64,000 nucleotides of DNA, taken from assembly GCA_964559575.1 (NCBI GenBank), contig CAZLGQ010000001.1, positions 7,067-71,066 of the forward strand, given 5' to 3'. The stretch is from an uncultured Candidatus Saccharibacteria bacterium. GTDB lineage: Bacteria > Patescibacteriota > Minisyncoccia > Phycocordibacterales > CSBR16-193. The notes under the pieces are model-generated. The model did not search any database, was not told where the DNA came from, and saw only the letters and a program-made list of their open reading frames with translations. Both the position numbers and the translations under genes were made by a program. Within the stretch, counting starts at the first letter, position 1. The number at the start of each line of letters is the position of its first letter. This document shows positions 19,679 through 29,016 of this stretch, piece after piece.

Positions 19679-20692
19679 TTAATTTTTTGATGTAATGCTT
19701 TTTTTATAAACATCAAGATGTTCCAATGCTATACCTGTTCCTCTGGCAACACAGTACATAGGCTCTTTAGCTAAACGAGCCTTTACTCCTGTTCTTCTAT
19801 GAACCAATTCCGTCAAATTTCTTAATTGAGAAGTTCCTCCGGTCATAACTATTCCTTGATCTATAATATCTGAAGAAAGTTCAGGAGGGGTTTCTTGAAG
19901 CACCTCCTTTATAGCACGTATCATTTCATAAAGATCTTTTGTTATAGCATTTAATATTTCACTACTTTCAATTTCAATAGATCTTGGAAGACCTGAAACA
20001 AAATCTCTTCCTTTTATGACCATTTTTAAATCCTCTTCTAATGGAATAGCTGACACAACTTTTATTTTTATGTCCTCTGCGGTTTTATCACCAATACCTA
20101 AATTAAAATTTTTCTTAATATAATCAGTAATAGATTGATCAAGTTTATTACCTCCATATTTTACAGAAGTAGATGAAACAATACCGCCTAAAGAAATAAC
20201 AGCCACATCTGTAGTACCGCCACCAATATCAACTATCATATGTCCGGTTGGTTCATGAATAGGAATGCCGGCTCCAATAGCTGAAAGTATAGGCTCTTTA
20301 ACTACATAAGCGTTTTTAGCCCCCGCTCTAACCGTAGCTTCTATAACAGCTCGTCGTTCGGTTGAAGTTACACCGGCAGGAACTGAAACTAAAACATCCG
20401 GTTTTATAAGATTAAATTTACCTAGAGACTTATCTAAGTAATATCTAAGCATTGCTTCAGTAACACGATAATCTGCAATGACCCCATCTTTCATTGGCCT
20501 GTAAGCTACTATTGCTTCAGGTGTTTTACCAACCATTTTTTTAGCCTCAGCTCCAATAGCAAGTATTTTATTATCACCCTCTGAAACGGCAACAACCGAG
20601 GGTTCATTTAAAATAATACCTTTTTTAGGTACATAAACCAGTATATTGGCTGTTCCCAGATCTATACCTATCTTTTTGGAAAAAATACTCAT
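19679..20692 (-). CDS. mreB: Rod shape-determining protein MreB
   Basis: GIDLGTAN, NEPSVVA, PMKDGVIAD, DIGGGTTD, GRDFVSGLP, TPPELSSDI; start taken at MSIFSKK. Confidence 0.97.
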   Translation of the reverse strand: MSIFSKKIGIDLGTANILVYVPKKGIILNEPSVVAVSEGDNKILAIGAEAKKMVGKTPEAIVAYRPMKDGVIADYRVTEAMLRYYLDKSLGKFNLIKPDVLVSVPAGVTSTERRAVIEATVRAGAKNAYVVKEPILSAIGAGIPIHEPTGHMIVDIGGGTTDVAVISLGGIVSSTSVKYGGNKLDQSITDYIKKNFNLGIGDKTAEDIKIKVVSAIPLEEDLKMVIKGRDFVSGLPRSIEIESSEILNAITKDLYEMIRAIKEVLQETPPELSSDIIDQGIVMTGGTSQLRNLTELVHRRTGVKARLAKEPMYCVARGTGIALEHLDVYKKSITSKN

Positions 20693-20801
20693 ATTAATTT
20701 TCAAGAAATTATATTATATATTAAAAACCATAAAAAAACCAAATCCTAAAATAAAAATAATCCACAGTATTATTAAATAATATAGCGTATATGATATAAT
20801 T

Positions 20802-22337
20802 ATGCTTAATATGAATAAAAAAGAAAATAATAATGACCTCAATAAAATAGGTTTAACCATCCAAAAATTCAGAGAAAAAAATAACTTAACTCAAAAGGAT
20901 CTAGCAAATAAACTTGAAACCACTCAAAGTGCAGTTGCTAGAATGGAAAGTGGTGATCAAAACATAAGTGCTTCTACTCTTTCTAAAATAAATCAGGCTT
21001 TAGAAATAAATCTTTTTCATATCAATTCCGAATCTCTTACTGTAAAAATAAAAGGAGGAAAAAAATTAAAAGGATCAATTGAAACAAAAACATCAAAAAA
21101 CGGAGCGGTTGGTTTAATGTGTGCCTCAATTTTAAACAAAGGAAAAACCACACTAAAAAACACTCCACGTATTGAAGAAGTTTTTAGAATAGCTGAAGTT
21201 TTAGAAAGCATTGGTTTTAACATTACTTGGAAAAATTCTGACATGACCATAAGCCCTCCTGAAAAAATAAAAATTGATTCAATAAATAAAGAAGCGGCTC
21301 AAAAAACAAGGAGTATAATAATGTTTTTAGGTCCTTTGATCCATAAACTACCTTCTTTCCAATTACCAACTATAGGAGGTTGTAGACTTGGAAAAAGAAA
21401 TACCAGTCCTCATTTTTTTGCGCTAGAAAGTTTAGGAGTATCTTTTAAAAAAGGAAATTGGCAATATAAACCTTCTTCTTCCTTAAAACCCAAAACAGTT
21501 ATACTTTATGAATCCGGAGACACGGTAACTGAAAACGCTATTATGGCCGCCGCAGGCATTCCTACAACTACCACTATAAAATTTGCCTCAGCAAATTACC
21601 AAGTACAGGAAATGTGCTTTTTCTTAAAAAAATTAGGAGTAAAAATAGAAGGAATAGGTACTACTACATTAAAAGTAACAGGCTTAAGTGAAATAAATAA
21701 AAATATTTCATATAATTTAAGTGAGGATCCAATAGAATCAATGTTCTTTTTAGCTACTGCAATAGTAACTAATTCATCAATAACAATAAAACGTTGCCCA
21801 ATAGATTTTTTAGAACTTGAACTTCTCAAATTAAAAAAAATGGGCTTTAAATACAAAAAAAGTGATGTTTATTTTTCAGAAAATCAAGAAACAAAATTAG
21901 TTGATATAACAACCTATCAATCTAAAATGAAAGCCGGAAGAGATACAAAAATAGAACCAAGACCTTATCCCGGTTTAAATATTGATAACCTGCCTTTTTT
22001 TGCAATTATCGCAACTCAAACAGAAGGACAGATCTTAATACACGACTGGGTTTATGAAGAAAGAGCAATATATTATAAAGAACTGGATAAACTTGGAGCT
22101 AAAACTATATTAGCAGATCCTCATCGTATATATATTTCAGGTAAAACTCCTCTTATAGCAAATGAAGTTATCTGCCCTCCGGCACTTAGACCGGCTGCCA
22201 TAATACTAATTGGAATGTTAGCGGCAGATGGTGTATCTGTTTTAAGAAATATATACAGTATAAACAGAGGATATGAAAGTATAATAGAAAGATTAAATGA
22301 TCTAGGGGCTTCTATTGAATTTGAATCAAATATTTAA
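20802..22337 (+). CDS. murA: XRE-HTH fused UDP-N-acetylglucosamine 1-carboxyvinyltransferase
   Basis: N-terminal LTQKDLANKLETTQSAVARMESG; SKNG, catalytic-loop GGCRLGKR, TENAIMAA, RGYE. Confidence 0.9.
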   Translation: MLNMNKKENNNDLNKIGLTIQKFREKNNLTQKDLANKLETTQSAVARMESGDQNISASTLSKINQALEINLFHINSESLTVKIKGGKKLKGSIETKTSKNGAVGLMCASILNKGKTTLKNTPRIEEVFRIAEVLESIGFNITWKNSDMTISPPEKIKIDSINKEAAQKTRSIIMFLGPLIHKLPSFQLPTIGGCRLGKRNTSPHFFALESLGVSFKKGNWQYKPSSSLKPKTVILYESGDTVTENAIMAAAGIPTTTTIKFASANYQVQEMCFFLKKLGVKIEGIGTTTLKVTGLSEINKNISYNLSEDPIESMFFLATAIVTNSSITIKRCPIDFLELELLKLKKMGFKYKKSDVYFSENQETKLVDITTYQSKMKAGRDTKIEPRPYPGLNIDNLPFFAIIATQTEGQILIHDWVYEERAIYYKELDKLGAKTILADPHRIYISGKTPLIANEVICPPALRPAAIILIGMLAADGVSVLRNIYSINRGYESIIERLNDLGASIEFESNI

Positions 22338-22387
22338 TTCTCTTACATATTTAATAGAAAAAATTAAAATGTTAAACTTTAACCACT

Positions 22388-24271
22388 ATGGATCTTATTA
22401 CAGTTACACCACTGGTTCAAACCGCTTCCAAGGAGTGTCTTAGTTATTTTACTGATCAAAAAATAAAAGAAAACTCAATTGTTTCCGTAAATATAAGAAA
22501 TAAAGAAGTTCCAGCTTTGGTTTTAAAAAAAGAATCAGTTGAAAAAGTTAAATCCCGTATAAAAAGTAGCAATTTTGGCTTTAAAAAAATCAATTCCGTA
22601 TTAACAGAAAACATCTATTCAAATAGTGTATTGGAAGCCGCTAAAGAAACCTCTGATTTTTATTCCGCTTCTATTGGAGGTGTATTAAAAGCTATTACCC
22701 CAAAAATATTACTAACAGAACCGGTAAAAATCAAAAAAGAAAAAGAAAATAAACATAGAGAGATAAAACCGGAAAAAATGGTTTTACAGATCTCTCGTGA
22801 TGAAAGGATTCTTTTTTATAAACAACACACAAGAGGGGTTTTAGCTAAGGAAGGATCTGTGTTCATCTGTGCTCCAACCAAAAAAGACGTGGAGTTTCTT
22901 TCAGATAATTTAAAAAAAGGTATTGAACACGCTACTTTTACTTTTCACGGAGATATGTCTAATAAAGAGATCAAAGAAACCTGGGAAAAAGCTTTAACAA
23001 AAAAACCTAAATTAATAATATCCACAGGTCTTTTCTTATCAATATTTAATAACTCTTTTGAATCACTTATTTTAGAAAGAGAATCTTCAGAACTATACTA
23101 CACCAACAAAAGACCTCATTTTGATATATCCTTTCTATCTTACTCACTGGCCAAAAAAAGTGGGGTTAAATTTATTACTTCCGATACTTTACTTTCAGTA
23201 AAGACATATAAAAAATATAGAGATAATCAGTTTACCGAAGCAACTCCTTTGCAAAAAAAATACAGAGAAGGAGGAAAGGTTTCTATTATTGATATGACTA
23301 AAATAGAAGAAAAAAACAACCCTTATATGCCTTCTTTGTGTTCATTTTCCATAAAAAAATTAGCTTCCAATTCTTTAAGGTCTTTTATTTATACAGCCAG
23401 AAGAGGACTTTCTCCAACAACTATATGCAGTGATTGTGGATTTACTTTTTCGTGTCCAAAATGTTATTCACCGTTAGTTCTTCATGAAGGAAACAAAAAA
23501 AGAAATTTCATCTGTCACACTTGTACTTACCATGAAGAACCTAAGGACTACTGCCCTAAATGTGACTCTTGGAGATTAACACAGTTGGGAATAGGAAGTG
23601 AAAAAGTATCAAAAAATATTCAAAAGATATTTCCTAAAAAAAATATCATTCGTATGGATTCTGATAATGCCAATACCGTAAAAAAACAAGAAAAACTTTG
23701 GCAAGAATTTAAAGAAAAACCAAACTCTATTTTAATTGGTACCAATATGGCAATAAATTATATTAGATCTGATATGGTAGATATAGAAAATATAATAGTA
23801 GCATCAACAGATTCACTTCTTACTTATCCAAACTATTCTGCAAGTGAGCGTGTATTCAGAACACTTACCGAACTTTCATTAATAGCTAAAAAAGAACTAG
23901 TTATACAAACAAGATTGCCTGAGCAAAATTTATTAACTTATGTTAAAAATAAAGAAAATATAAGTTTTTTTGAAAAAGAGTTGGAAACAAGAGAAAAACT
24001 CTCTTACCCTCCTTTTTCAATACCAATAACCGTTACCTTTTCCGGTAAAAGTTATAAAATAGAAGAAAAAGAAAATTATCTAAATAAAAAATTTAATTTC
24101 TTTAACCCTTATTTCATTCCTTCTATTTCCGAAAAAAGGCAAGGTCTTATAACAAATAAAATGTTAATAAAGATACCAAAAAACATTTGGCCAAACAGAA
24201 AAGTTACAGAAAGCTTGAAATCTTTATCGCCAGAGTATAAAGTTGCAATTGATCCGCCAAACATTATTTAA
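22388..24271 (+). CDS. priA: Primosomal protein N' (degenerate helicase motifs)
   Basis: RRG, Cys-rich CSDC/CPKC/CHTC/CPKC, GIGSE, RMDSD, ILIGT, IQT, R..LSYPPF; precedes def-fmt. Confidence 0.88.
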   Translation: MDLITVTPLVQTASKECLSYFTDQKIKENSIVSVNIRNKEVPALVLKKESVEKVKSRIKSSNFGFKKINSVLTENIYSNSVLEAAKETSDFYSASIGGVLKAITPKILLTEPVKIKKEKENKHREIKPEKMVLQISRDERILFYKQHTRGVLAKEGSVFICAPTKKDVEFLSDNLKKGIEHATFTFHGDMSNKEIKETWEKALTKKPKLIISTGLFLSIFNNSFESLILERESSELYYTNKRPHFDISFLSYSLAKKSGVKFITSDTLLSVKTYKKYRDNQFTEATPLQKKYREGGKVSIIDMTKIEEKNNPYMPSLCSFSIKKLASNSLRSFIYTARRGLSPTTICSDCGFTFSCPKCYSPLVLHEGNKKRNFICHTCTYHEEPKDYCPKCDSWRLTQLGIGSEKVSKNIQKIFPKKNIIRMDSDNANTVKKQEKLWQEFKEKPNSILIGTNMAINYIRSDMVDIENIIVASTDSLLTYPNYSASERVFRTLTELSLIAKKELVIQTRLPEQNLLTYVKNKENISFFEKELETREKLSYPPFSIPITVTFSGKSYKIEEKENYLNKKFNFFNPYFIPSISEKRQGLITNKMLIKIPKNIWPNRKVTESLKSLSPEYKVAIDPPNII

Positions 24272-24277
24272 ATAAAA

Positions 24278-24790
24278 ATGAGTAAAATAATTCAAATAGG
24301 TAACGAAATTCTTCGTAAAAAAGCAAAGGAAATAAAGAAAGAAGAATTTTCTTTAGATAATTTAGATAACTTAATAAAAGAAATGAAAGAAACCCTTAAT
24401 AAAGAAGAGGACGGCTTTGCTCTCGCTGCACCTCAAATAGGAGAATCCGTAAGGATATTTATTATTTCAGGCAAACTTTTTCAACATTTAAAAGGTACTG
24501 ATGAACCTCAATCTGATAAAATATATATAAACCCTAAAATACTAAAAACATCCAAAGAAACAGAACTAATGGAAGAAGGTTGTTTAAGTATCCGTAATTG
24601 GTACGGAAAAGTTAAAAGATATAAAAAAATAAAAATAGAAGCTTTTGATCAAGATGGTAAAAAGTTCCAAGAAGGAGCCAGTGGAATCTTATCTCAAGCT
24701 TTCCAACACGAAATAGATCATTTGGATGGAATTCTTTTTACTGATATTGCTACTGAATTAGAAAAAATAGAACCTCCCCAAAAAAAATAA
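24278..24790 (+). CDS. def: Peptide deformylase
   Basis: GFALAAPQIG, EGCLS, QHEIDHLDG. Confidence 0.97.
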   Translation: MSKIIQIGNEILRKKAKEIKKEEFSLDNLDNLIKEMKETLNKEEDGFALAAPQIGESVRIFIISGKLFQHLKGTDEPQSDKIYINPKILKTSKETELMEEGCLSIRNWYGKVKRYKKIKIEAFDQDGKKFQEGASGILSQAFQHEIDHLDGILFTDIATELEKIEPPQKK

Positions 24791-24800
24791 TCCCAATAAT

Positions 24801-25685
24801 ATGAATAAAGATCTTAAAAACTTTGCATTTTTTGGAACTTCAGAATTTTCAGTTGAAGTTTTGAAAAAATTAAAAGAACTCAATTTTATTCCATCTCTTA
24901 TAGTAACTACACCGGATAGACCTTCCGGACGAGGACAGAAAATAACACCATCTCCGGTTAAAAAATGGGCGGAAGAAAATTCTGTATCTATTTTTCAACC
25001 AAATGGTTTTAAAGATAAAAAAAATATAGAACAGTTAAAAGAATCAATTCCTTCAAAAAACACGGAATGGGATCTTTTTGTTATTGCTTCTTATGGATAT
25101 ATTTTACCTGCCTCAGTTATATATATGCCAAAGTTTAAAAGCTTAAATATTCACCCTTCACTTTTACCAAAACTAAGAGGTCCTTCTCCAATTCAAGAAG
25201 CTATTCTTAAAGAAGAAAAAACAGGAGTAACAATAATGAAAATGGACAAAAAGATGGATCACGGTCCAATTCTTAAACAGGAAAAATTACAATATGAAAA
25301 TTGGCCTCCTGATTACACGACACTTGAAAAAGATCTTGCCAATAAAGGTGCCACTCTTTTGACTAAAACCATACCTCTTTGGATAAATGGAGAAATCAAA
25401 GAAATCCCTCAAGATGAAAAAAGGGCGACTTTTACATCTATTATTAAAAAAGAAGATGCTTTTCTGGATTTTGAAAATGAAAATCCAGAAATTCTTTATC
25501 GTAAAATAAAAGCTTATAAAGAAAAACCAAAAGCATATTTCTTTTACGAAACACCTAAAAAAGGAAAAATACGAGTTATAGTAACTGAAGCAACATTTAA
25601 AAAAGGTAAACTAAAAATAGAAAAAGTTATCCCTGAAGGTAGAAAAGAAATAAATTATCAAGAATTTTTACAACAGTTAAAATAA
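24801..25685 (+). CDS. fmt: Methionyl-tRNA formyltransferase
   Basis: FFGT, PDRPSGRG, NIHPSLLPKLRGPSPIQ, MDHGPI. Confidence 0.95.
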   Translation: MNKDLKNFAFFGTSEFSVEVLKKLKELNFIPSLIVTTPDRPSGRGQKITPSPVKKWAEENSVSIFQPNGFKDKKNIEQLKESIPSKNTEWDLFVIASYGYILPASVIYMPKFKSLNIHPSLLPKLRGPSPIQEAILKEEKTGVTIMKMDKKMDHGPILKQEKLQYENWPPDYTTLEKDLANKGATLLTKTIPLWINGEIKEIPQDEKRATFTSIIKKEDAFLDFENENPEILYRKIKAYKEKPKAYFFYETPKKGKIRVIVTEATFKKGKLKIEKVIPEGRKEINYQEFLQQLK

Positions 25686-25707
25686 TAAAATTTATTTAAA
25701 AAGAATT

Positions 25708-26097
25708 TTATTCGTTATTCTCTTGCAAGGGATCTCTTAGCTTCTCTTTGATTTTTAATGATTCCCTGCGAGAAGTATCTCTCTTTTTCTCCTGATGGCT
25801 TTTTACTACTCTGACAATTTCATCTTTCATCTCATCTATTGCTGCATACAGATCACTTTGTTCAGCTTCAACATAGTGAACCTCACCAGCAATATCCAGA
25901 TCTATTGTTGCAACAAAAATATCACCTGTTATTTGATCCCTAACTTCTTTACCTAACTCTACTTGAGCAAAAATTCCGGCATCATCACTAGCATTAATAA
26001 CCTTTTCAAGAGAGTTTAATTTCTTTCTAACATAACTCTCCATAGCTTCTGTTAAATCTACATTTCTTCCTTTTATATTAATATTTATTTTATCCAT
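25708..26097 (-). CDS. hpf: Ribosome hibernation factor (HPF/RaiA family)
   Basis: INIKGRNVDLTEAMESYVRKKL, DLYAAID. Confidence 0.9.
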   Translation of the reverse strand: MDKININIKGRNVDLTEAMESYVRKKLNSLEKVINASDDAGIFAQVELGKEVRDQITGDIFVATIDLDIAGEVHYVEAEQSDLYAAIDEMKDEIVRVVKSHQEKKRDTSRRESLKIKEKLRDPLQENNE

Positions 26098-26116
26098 ATT
26101 TAATTATTATATTAAA

Positions 26117-26341
26117 TTAATTTTCAATAATAAATCTTTTAGAAAAACTTTTTCCACCCTTAACTAATTTAACCGAATTGAAAGGAACTTTTGCTATATT
26201 GGAAACAATTTCCCTTAAACGACGATTAGCTTTACCATTTTTTGCCGGATCCTTAACTGATATTTCATACTGATCATCTTTTAATTTTTTAACACTTTCC
26301 TTATTTGATCCCGTATTAACTTTTATATTAAAAGTTTTCAT
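26117..26341 (-). CDS. DUF167/UPF0235 family protein
   Basis: VKDPAKNGKAN, VKLVKGGKSFSK; start taken at MKTFNIKV. Confidence 0.8.
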   Translation of the reverse strand: MKTFNIKVNTGSNKESVKKLKDDQYEISVKDPAKNGKANRRLREIVSNIAKVPFNSVKLVKGGKSFSKRFIIEN

Positions 26342-26354
26342 ACAAAAAAGCTGA

Positions 26355-26831
26355 TTAAATCCTTTCATACAAAGCTACAAGCTCTGCATAATCAAGTACG
26401 GAACCATTCATAAATTTTTCTAACTCAGTTTTAGAAACACCTTCGGGAAGATCAATAAAAGAATCTAATGCATAAAACTTAAAAAAGTAACGATGTTTAC
26501 TATCAGGTGGACAAGGTCCTGTATACCCTAAACCACCCGAAGAATTCCTACCCTTTGTACCATTAGGTTCAATCCCCTCTTCCACTTTAAAAAATAAAGA
26601 TTCATTTGTATTAAAACGAATATTAAAAACAATCCAATGATCAAATACTTCTATTTCTTTGGTTTCTTTTACAAAATCAGGAATATCAGGATCATCCATG
26701 ATCAAAACAAGACTTTTGGTTCCATTAGGAATATCACTTAATTCTAAAGAAGGATTTATATTTTCTCCGTCACAGGTATACTTTGAAGGAATTAAATCTT
26801 TTTCCTTAAAATCTGGACTAAAAATTTTCAT
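26355..26831 (-). CDS. YbhB/YbcL (PEBP/Raf kinase inhibitor-like) protein
   Basis: YTCDGENINP, LIMDDPD, FDHWIVFNI, GYTGPCPP, HRYFFKFYALD. Confidence 0.92.
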   Translation of the reverse strand: MKIFSPDFKEKDLIPSKYTCDGENINPSLELSDIPNGTKSLVLIMDDPDIPDFVKETKEIEVFDHWIVFNIRFNTNESLFFKVEEGIEPNGTKGRNSSGGLGYTGPCPPDSKHRYFFKFYALDSFIDLPEGVSKTELEKFMNGSVLDYAELVALYERI

Positions 26832-26923
26832 AAAATAATTATATCACAAAACATGATCTTTCAAAAAATAAAATATTGCCTAGTCAACAAAATCTGATAT
26901 AATACTCTCATTAACAAAAAAAT

Positions 26924-26995
26924 TCTGGGGTAGCTCAATGGTAGAGCTCTCGACTGTTAATCGAGTGGTTGTGGGTTCGAATCCCACCCCCAGAG
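26924..26995 (+). tRNA. tRNA-Asn (GTT); CCA not encoded
   Basis: Acceptor TCTGGGG/CCCCAGA, D arm GCTC-AATGGTA-GAGC, anticodon arm CTCGA-CTGTTAA-TCGAG, T arm GTGGG-TTCGAAT-CCCAC, discriminator G. Confidence 0.97.
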
Positions 26996-27205
26996 CCGAC
27001 TAGGATCATTTTTGCAATTTAATAGTGCATTAAATAGGGATAGTATTGAGAACCCTAGCTTATTTTGATTTAGAATTAAATTCGAAAGTAAGAAGCTCAA
27101 AATTTGCTTTTTTACTCTGGTTTCGAACTCATAAACAGTTCCTTAGCTCTCTGTACTAATGTCAATACAGCATTGGCAGTTATCTTTATTTGCTATACTT
27201 ATATT

Positions 27206-27745
27206 ATGAAAAAACTTATATTTTTTGGAGACAGTCTATTAGCGAGAATTAACCCTGATATGATAAAAAAAATTGAGGAGAGTATCGGTAGTATTATTAT
27301 CGATAATCATGCAGTGGGAGGATCAACGACAAATGATGCACTGGAAATAATTGAGTCTGTTTCAAAATTGAAAGCTGACTATGTAGTAATATCTTTAGGG
27401 ACAAATGACATACTTAAAGACAATCTGTCCTGTCCTGAATATCTAGAAAACATGATAAAAATAATTTCTGAATTTTCCGAATCAAAAGTGTTCGTGTGGT
27501 TAACTCCTCCCGCCAACGACATAAACGACCCCGAAGGAACAAAAGAGTTTAATGAAAAGATTGGCCAATATTTCGATGGTCTAAAAAATATATGTAAAGA
27601 TTATAACTTTAACTTTATAGACACTTTTTCAGTCTACAAAGATGCGGTTATGCTTGATAATAAATATCACGAAGAAGATGGTATTCATTTAAGTGTTGAC
27701 GGATATAAACTATTTACTGGTTCATTAGTAAAAACTTTTAAATAA
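27206..27745 (+). CDS. SGNH/GDSL-family hydrolase
   Basis: FFGDSL, NHAVGGSTT, LGTND, DGIHLS..GY; start at MKKLIFFGDSL. Confidence 0.9.
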   Translation: MKKLIFFGDSLLARINPDMIKKIEESIGSIIIDNHAVGGSTTNDALEIIESVSKLKADYVVISLGTNDILKDNLSCPEYLENMIKIISEFSESKVFVWLTPPANDINDPEGTKEFNEKIGQYFDGLKNICKDYNFNFIDTFSVYKDAVMLDNKYHEEDGIHLSVDGYKLFTGSLVKTFK

Positions 27746-27801
27746 GAGGTAGGTTTTGTATTACAACTCCTAGTGAAGAGAGTGAATTTATTTACTATTG
27801 T

Positions 27802-27918
27802 CAGGATTCGAAAGGTACAGCGATGTTTTTCCGGCAGGAAAAACCGCGAACCAAGGTCGTGAAAATTCAAAAGCGACGGCCTTTGAATTATTCTTAACCG
27901 AATCCTGCCGCTGGAGCA
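27802..27918 (+). other. Structured element closed by CAGGATTCG/CGAATCCTG and fused to a tRNA-3'-end-like sequence
   Basis: 9-bp terminal inverted repeat; internal hairpins TTTTTCC-GGCA-GGAAAAA and AATTCAAA..TTTGAATT; ends in CGAATCCTGC-CGCTGGA-G-CA. Confidence 0.6.
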
Positions 27919-27923
27919 AAAGT

Positions 27924-27961
27924 CAGTTTAACCCCAATGCGCTAGCGTTGGGGTTTTACTG
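27924..27961 (+). terminator. Intrinsic terminator-like hairpin
   Basis: AACCCCAATGC-GCTA-GCGTTGGGGTT followed by T residues. Confidence 0.65.
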
Positions 27962-27964
27962 ATC

Positions 27965-28063
27965 TTTCGCTGAGGTGAAATTTAAAAGACGGAGGCGGTA
28001 TACAAGACGAGCGTAGCGAGGGCCTGTCTAAGAGCTCGGGGTCGCGCTAACACTTAGCCGAAA
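27965..28063. other. Second GC-rich structured non-coding element
   Basis: Imperfect terminal pairing TTTCGCTGAGGTG / CACTTAGCCGAAA; contains CGAGCGTAGCGAG and a GGTCGYG motif shared with the first element. Confidence 0.45.
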
Positions 28064-28141
28064 TAAGGAAATTCAATTATAACCCTTATCATATGTGATA
28101 TTATGTATTAAATTCATATTTTGATTAAAAATAAAAAAGCT

Positions 28142-29011
28142 ATGAAAGTATTAATATCTAATACTAAAAAAGTTGAAGAGATCAAAAAGGAAATGCAAAG
28201 ATCTGGACCGGATAAGATCCACGTTCTTTCCGATTTTGATAGAACCCTAACCTACGGAACGACCAACGGAATAAAAACCCCCTCTATTATTTCCATGCTC
28301 AGGGATGGAAAACACTTAACAGATGATTATGCGGACAAAGCTCATTCTTTATTTAATAAATATCATCCACTTGAATCTGATTTGAACATTCCTTTAAGAG
28401 AAAGAAAAGAATTAATGCAAGAATGGTGGAAAAACCATCATGATCTATTGATTAAATCGGGTCTTAGCAAAAACGATCTTGAAGATACTGTTAAAAATGG
28501 ACATGTTAAATTCAGAGAAGGCGTTCCCGAATTTGTTGATCTTTTATATAACAAAAAGATCCCTTTGGTTATTATGTCAGCATGCGGTTGTGGAGAAGCA
28601 GTAAAAATGTTTTTTCAAAAGATCAAAAAAGATCATTCAAATATATTTTATATTATCAATAAATATCATTGGGATAAAAACGGAAAAGCTCTTTCTGCGA
28701 AAGAACCGATAATTCATGCTTTAAATAAAGATGAGACGGTGTTGGAGAATTTCCCGAATGTATATAAACATATAAAAGAAAGAAAAAAAGTTATTCTACT
28801 GGGAGATAGTATTGGAGATATTGATATGATCAAAGGATTTCGTTACGAGAAACTTTTAAAGATCGGGTTTTTAAACAGTGGTTATGAAAGATTAAGAGAA
28901 AAATATTTAGACAGTTTTGATATAGTTTTAGAGGGAGACAAGGATTTTTATTTCATAAATAAGCTCTTTAAAGAAATAATTTTAAAAAAAAATTTTAAAA
29001 TCTATAAATAA
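28142..29011 (+). CDS. Pyrimidine 5'-nucleotidase (cN-III/UMPH-1-like HAD)
   Basis: SDFDRTLT, KYHPLE, MQEWW, FREG, IIHALNK, LLGDSIGDIDM, LKIGFLN, FDIVL. Confidence 0.85.
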   Translation: MKVLISNTKKVEEIKKEMQRSGPDKIHVLSDFDRTLTYGTTNGIKTPSIISMLRDGKHLTDDYADKAHSLFNKYHPLESDLNIPLRERKELMQEWWKNHHDLLIKSGLSKNDLEDTVKNGHVKFREGVPEFVDLLYNKKIPLVIMSACGCGEAVKMFFQKIKKDHSNIFYIINKYHWDKNGKALSAKEPIIHALNKDETVLENFPNVYKHIKERKKVILLGDSIGDIDMIKGFRYEKLLKIGFLNSGYERLREKYLDSFDIVLEGDKDFYFINKLFKEIILKKNFKIYK

Positions 29012-29016
29012 ATTTT

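Noticed and set aside
27685-27870. 61-aa minus-strand ORF
   Set aside because: Overlaps the SGNH gene end and the structured element; no protein features
27802-27918. Second intact or intron-containing tRNA
   Set aside because: No matching 5' acceptor strand (TCCAGCG), D arm or anticodon arm found upstream; only a 3'-end-like piece
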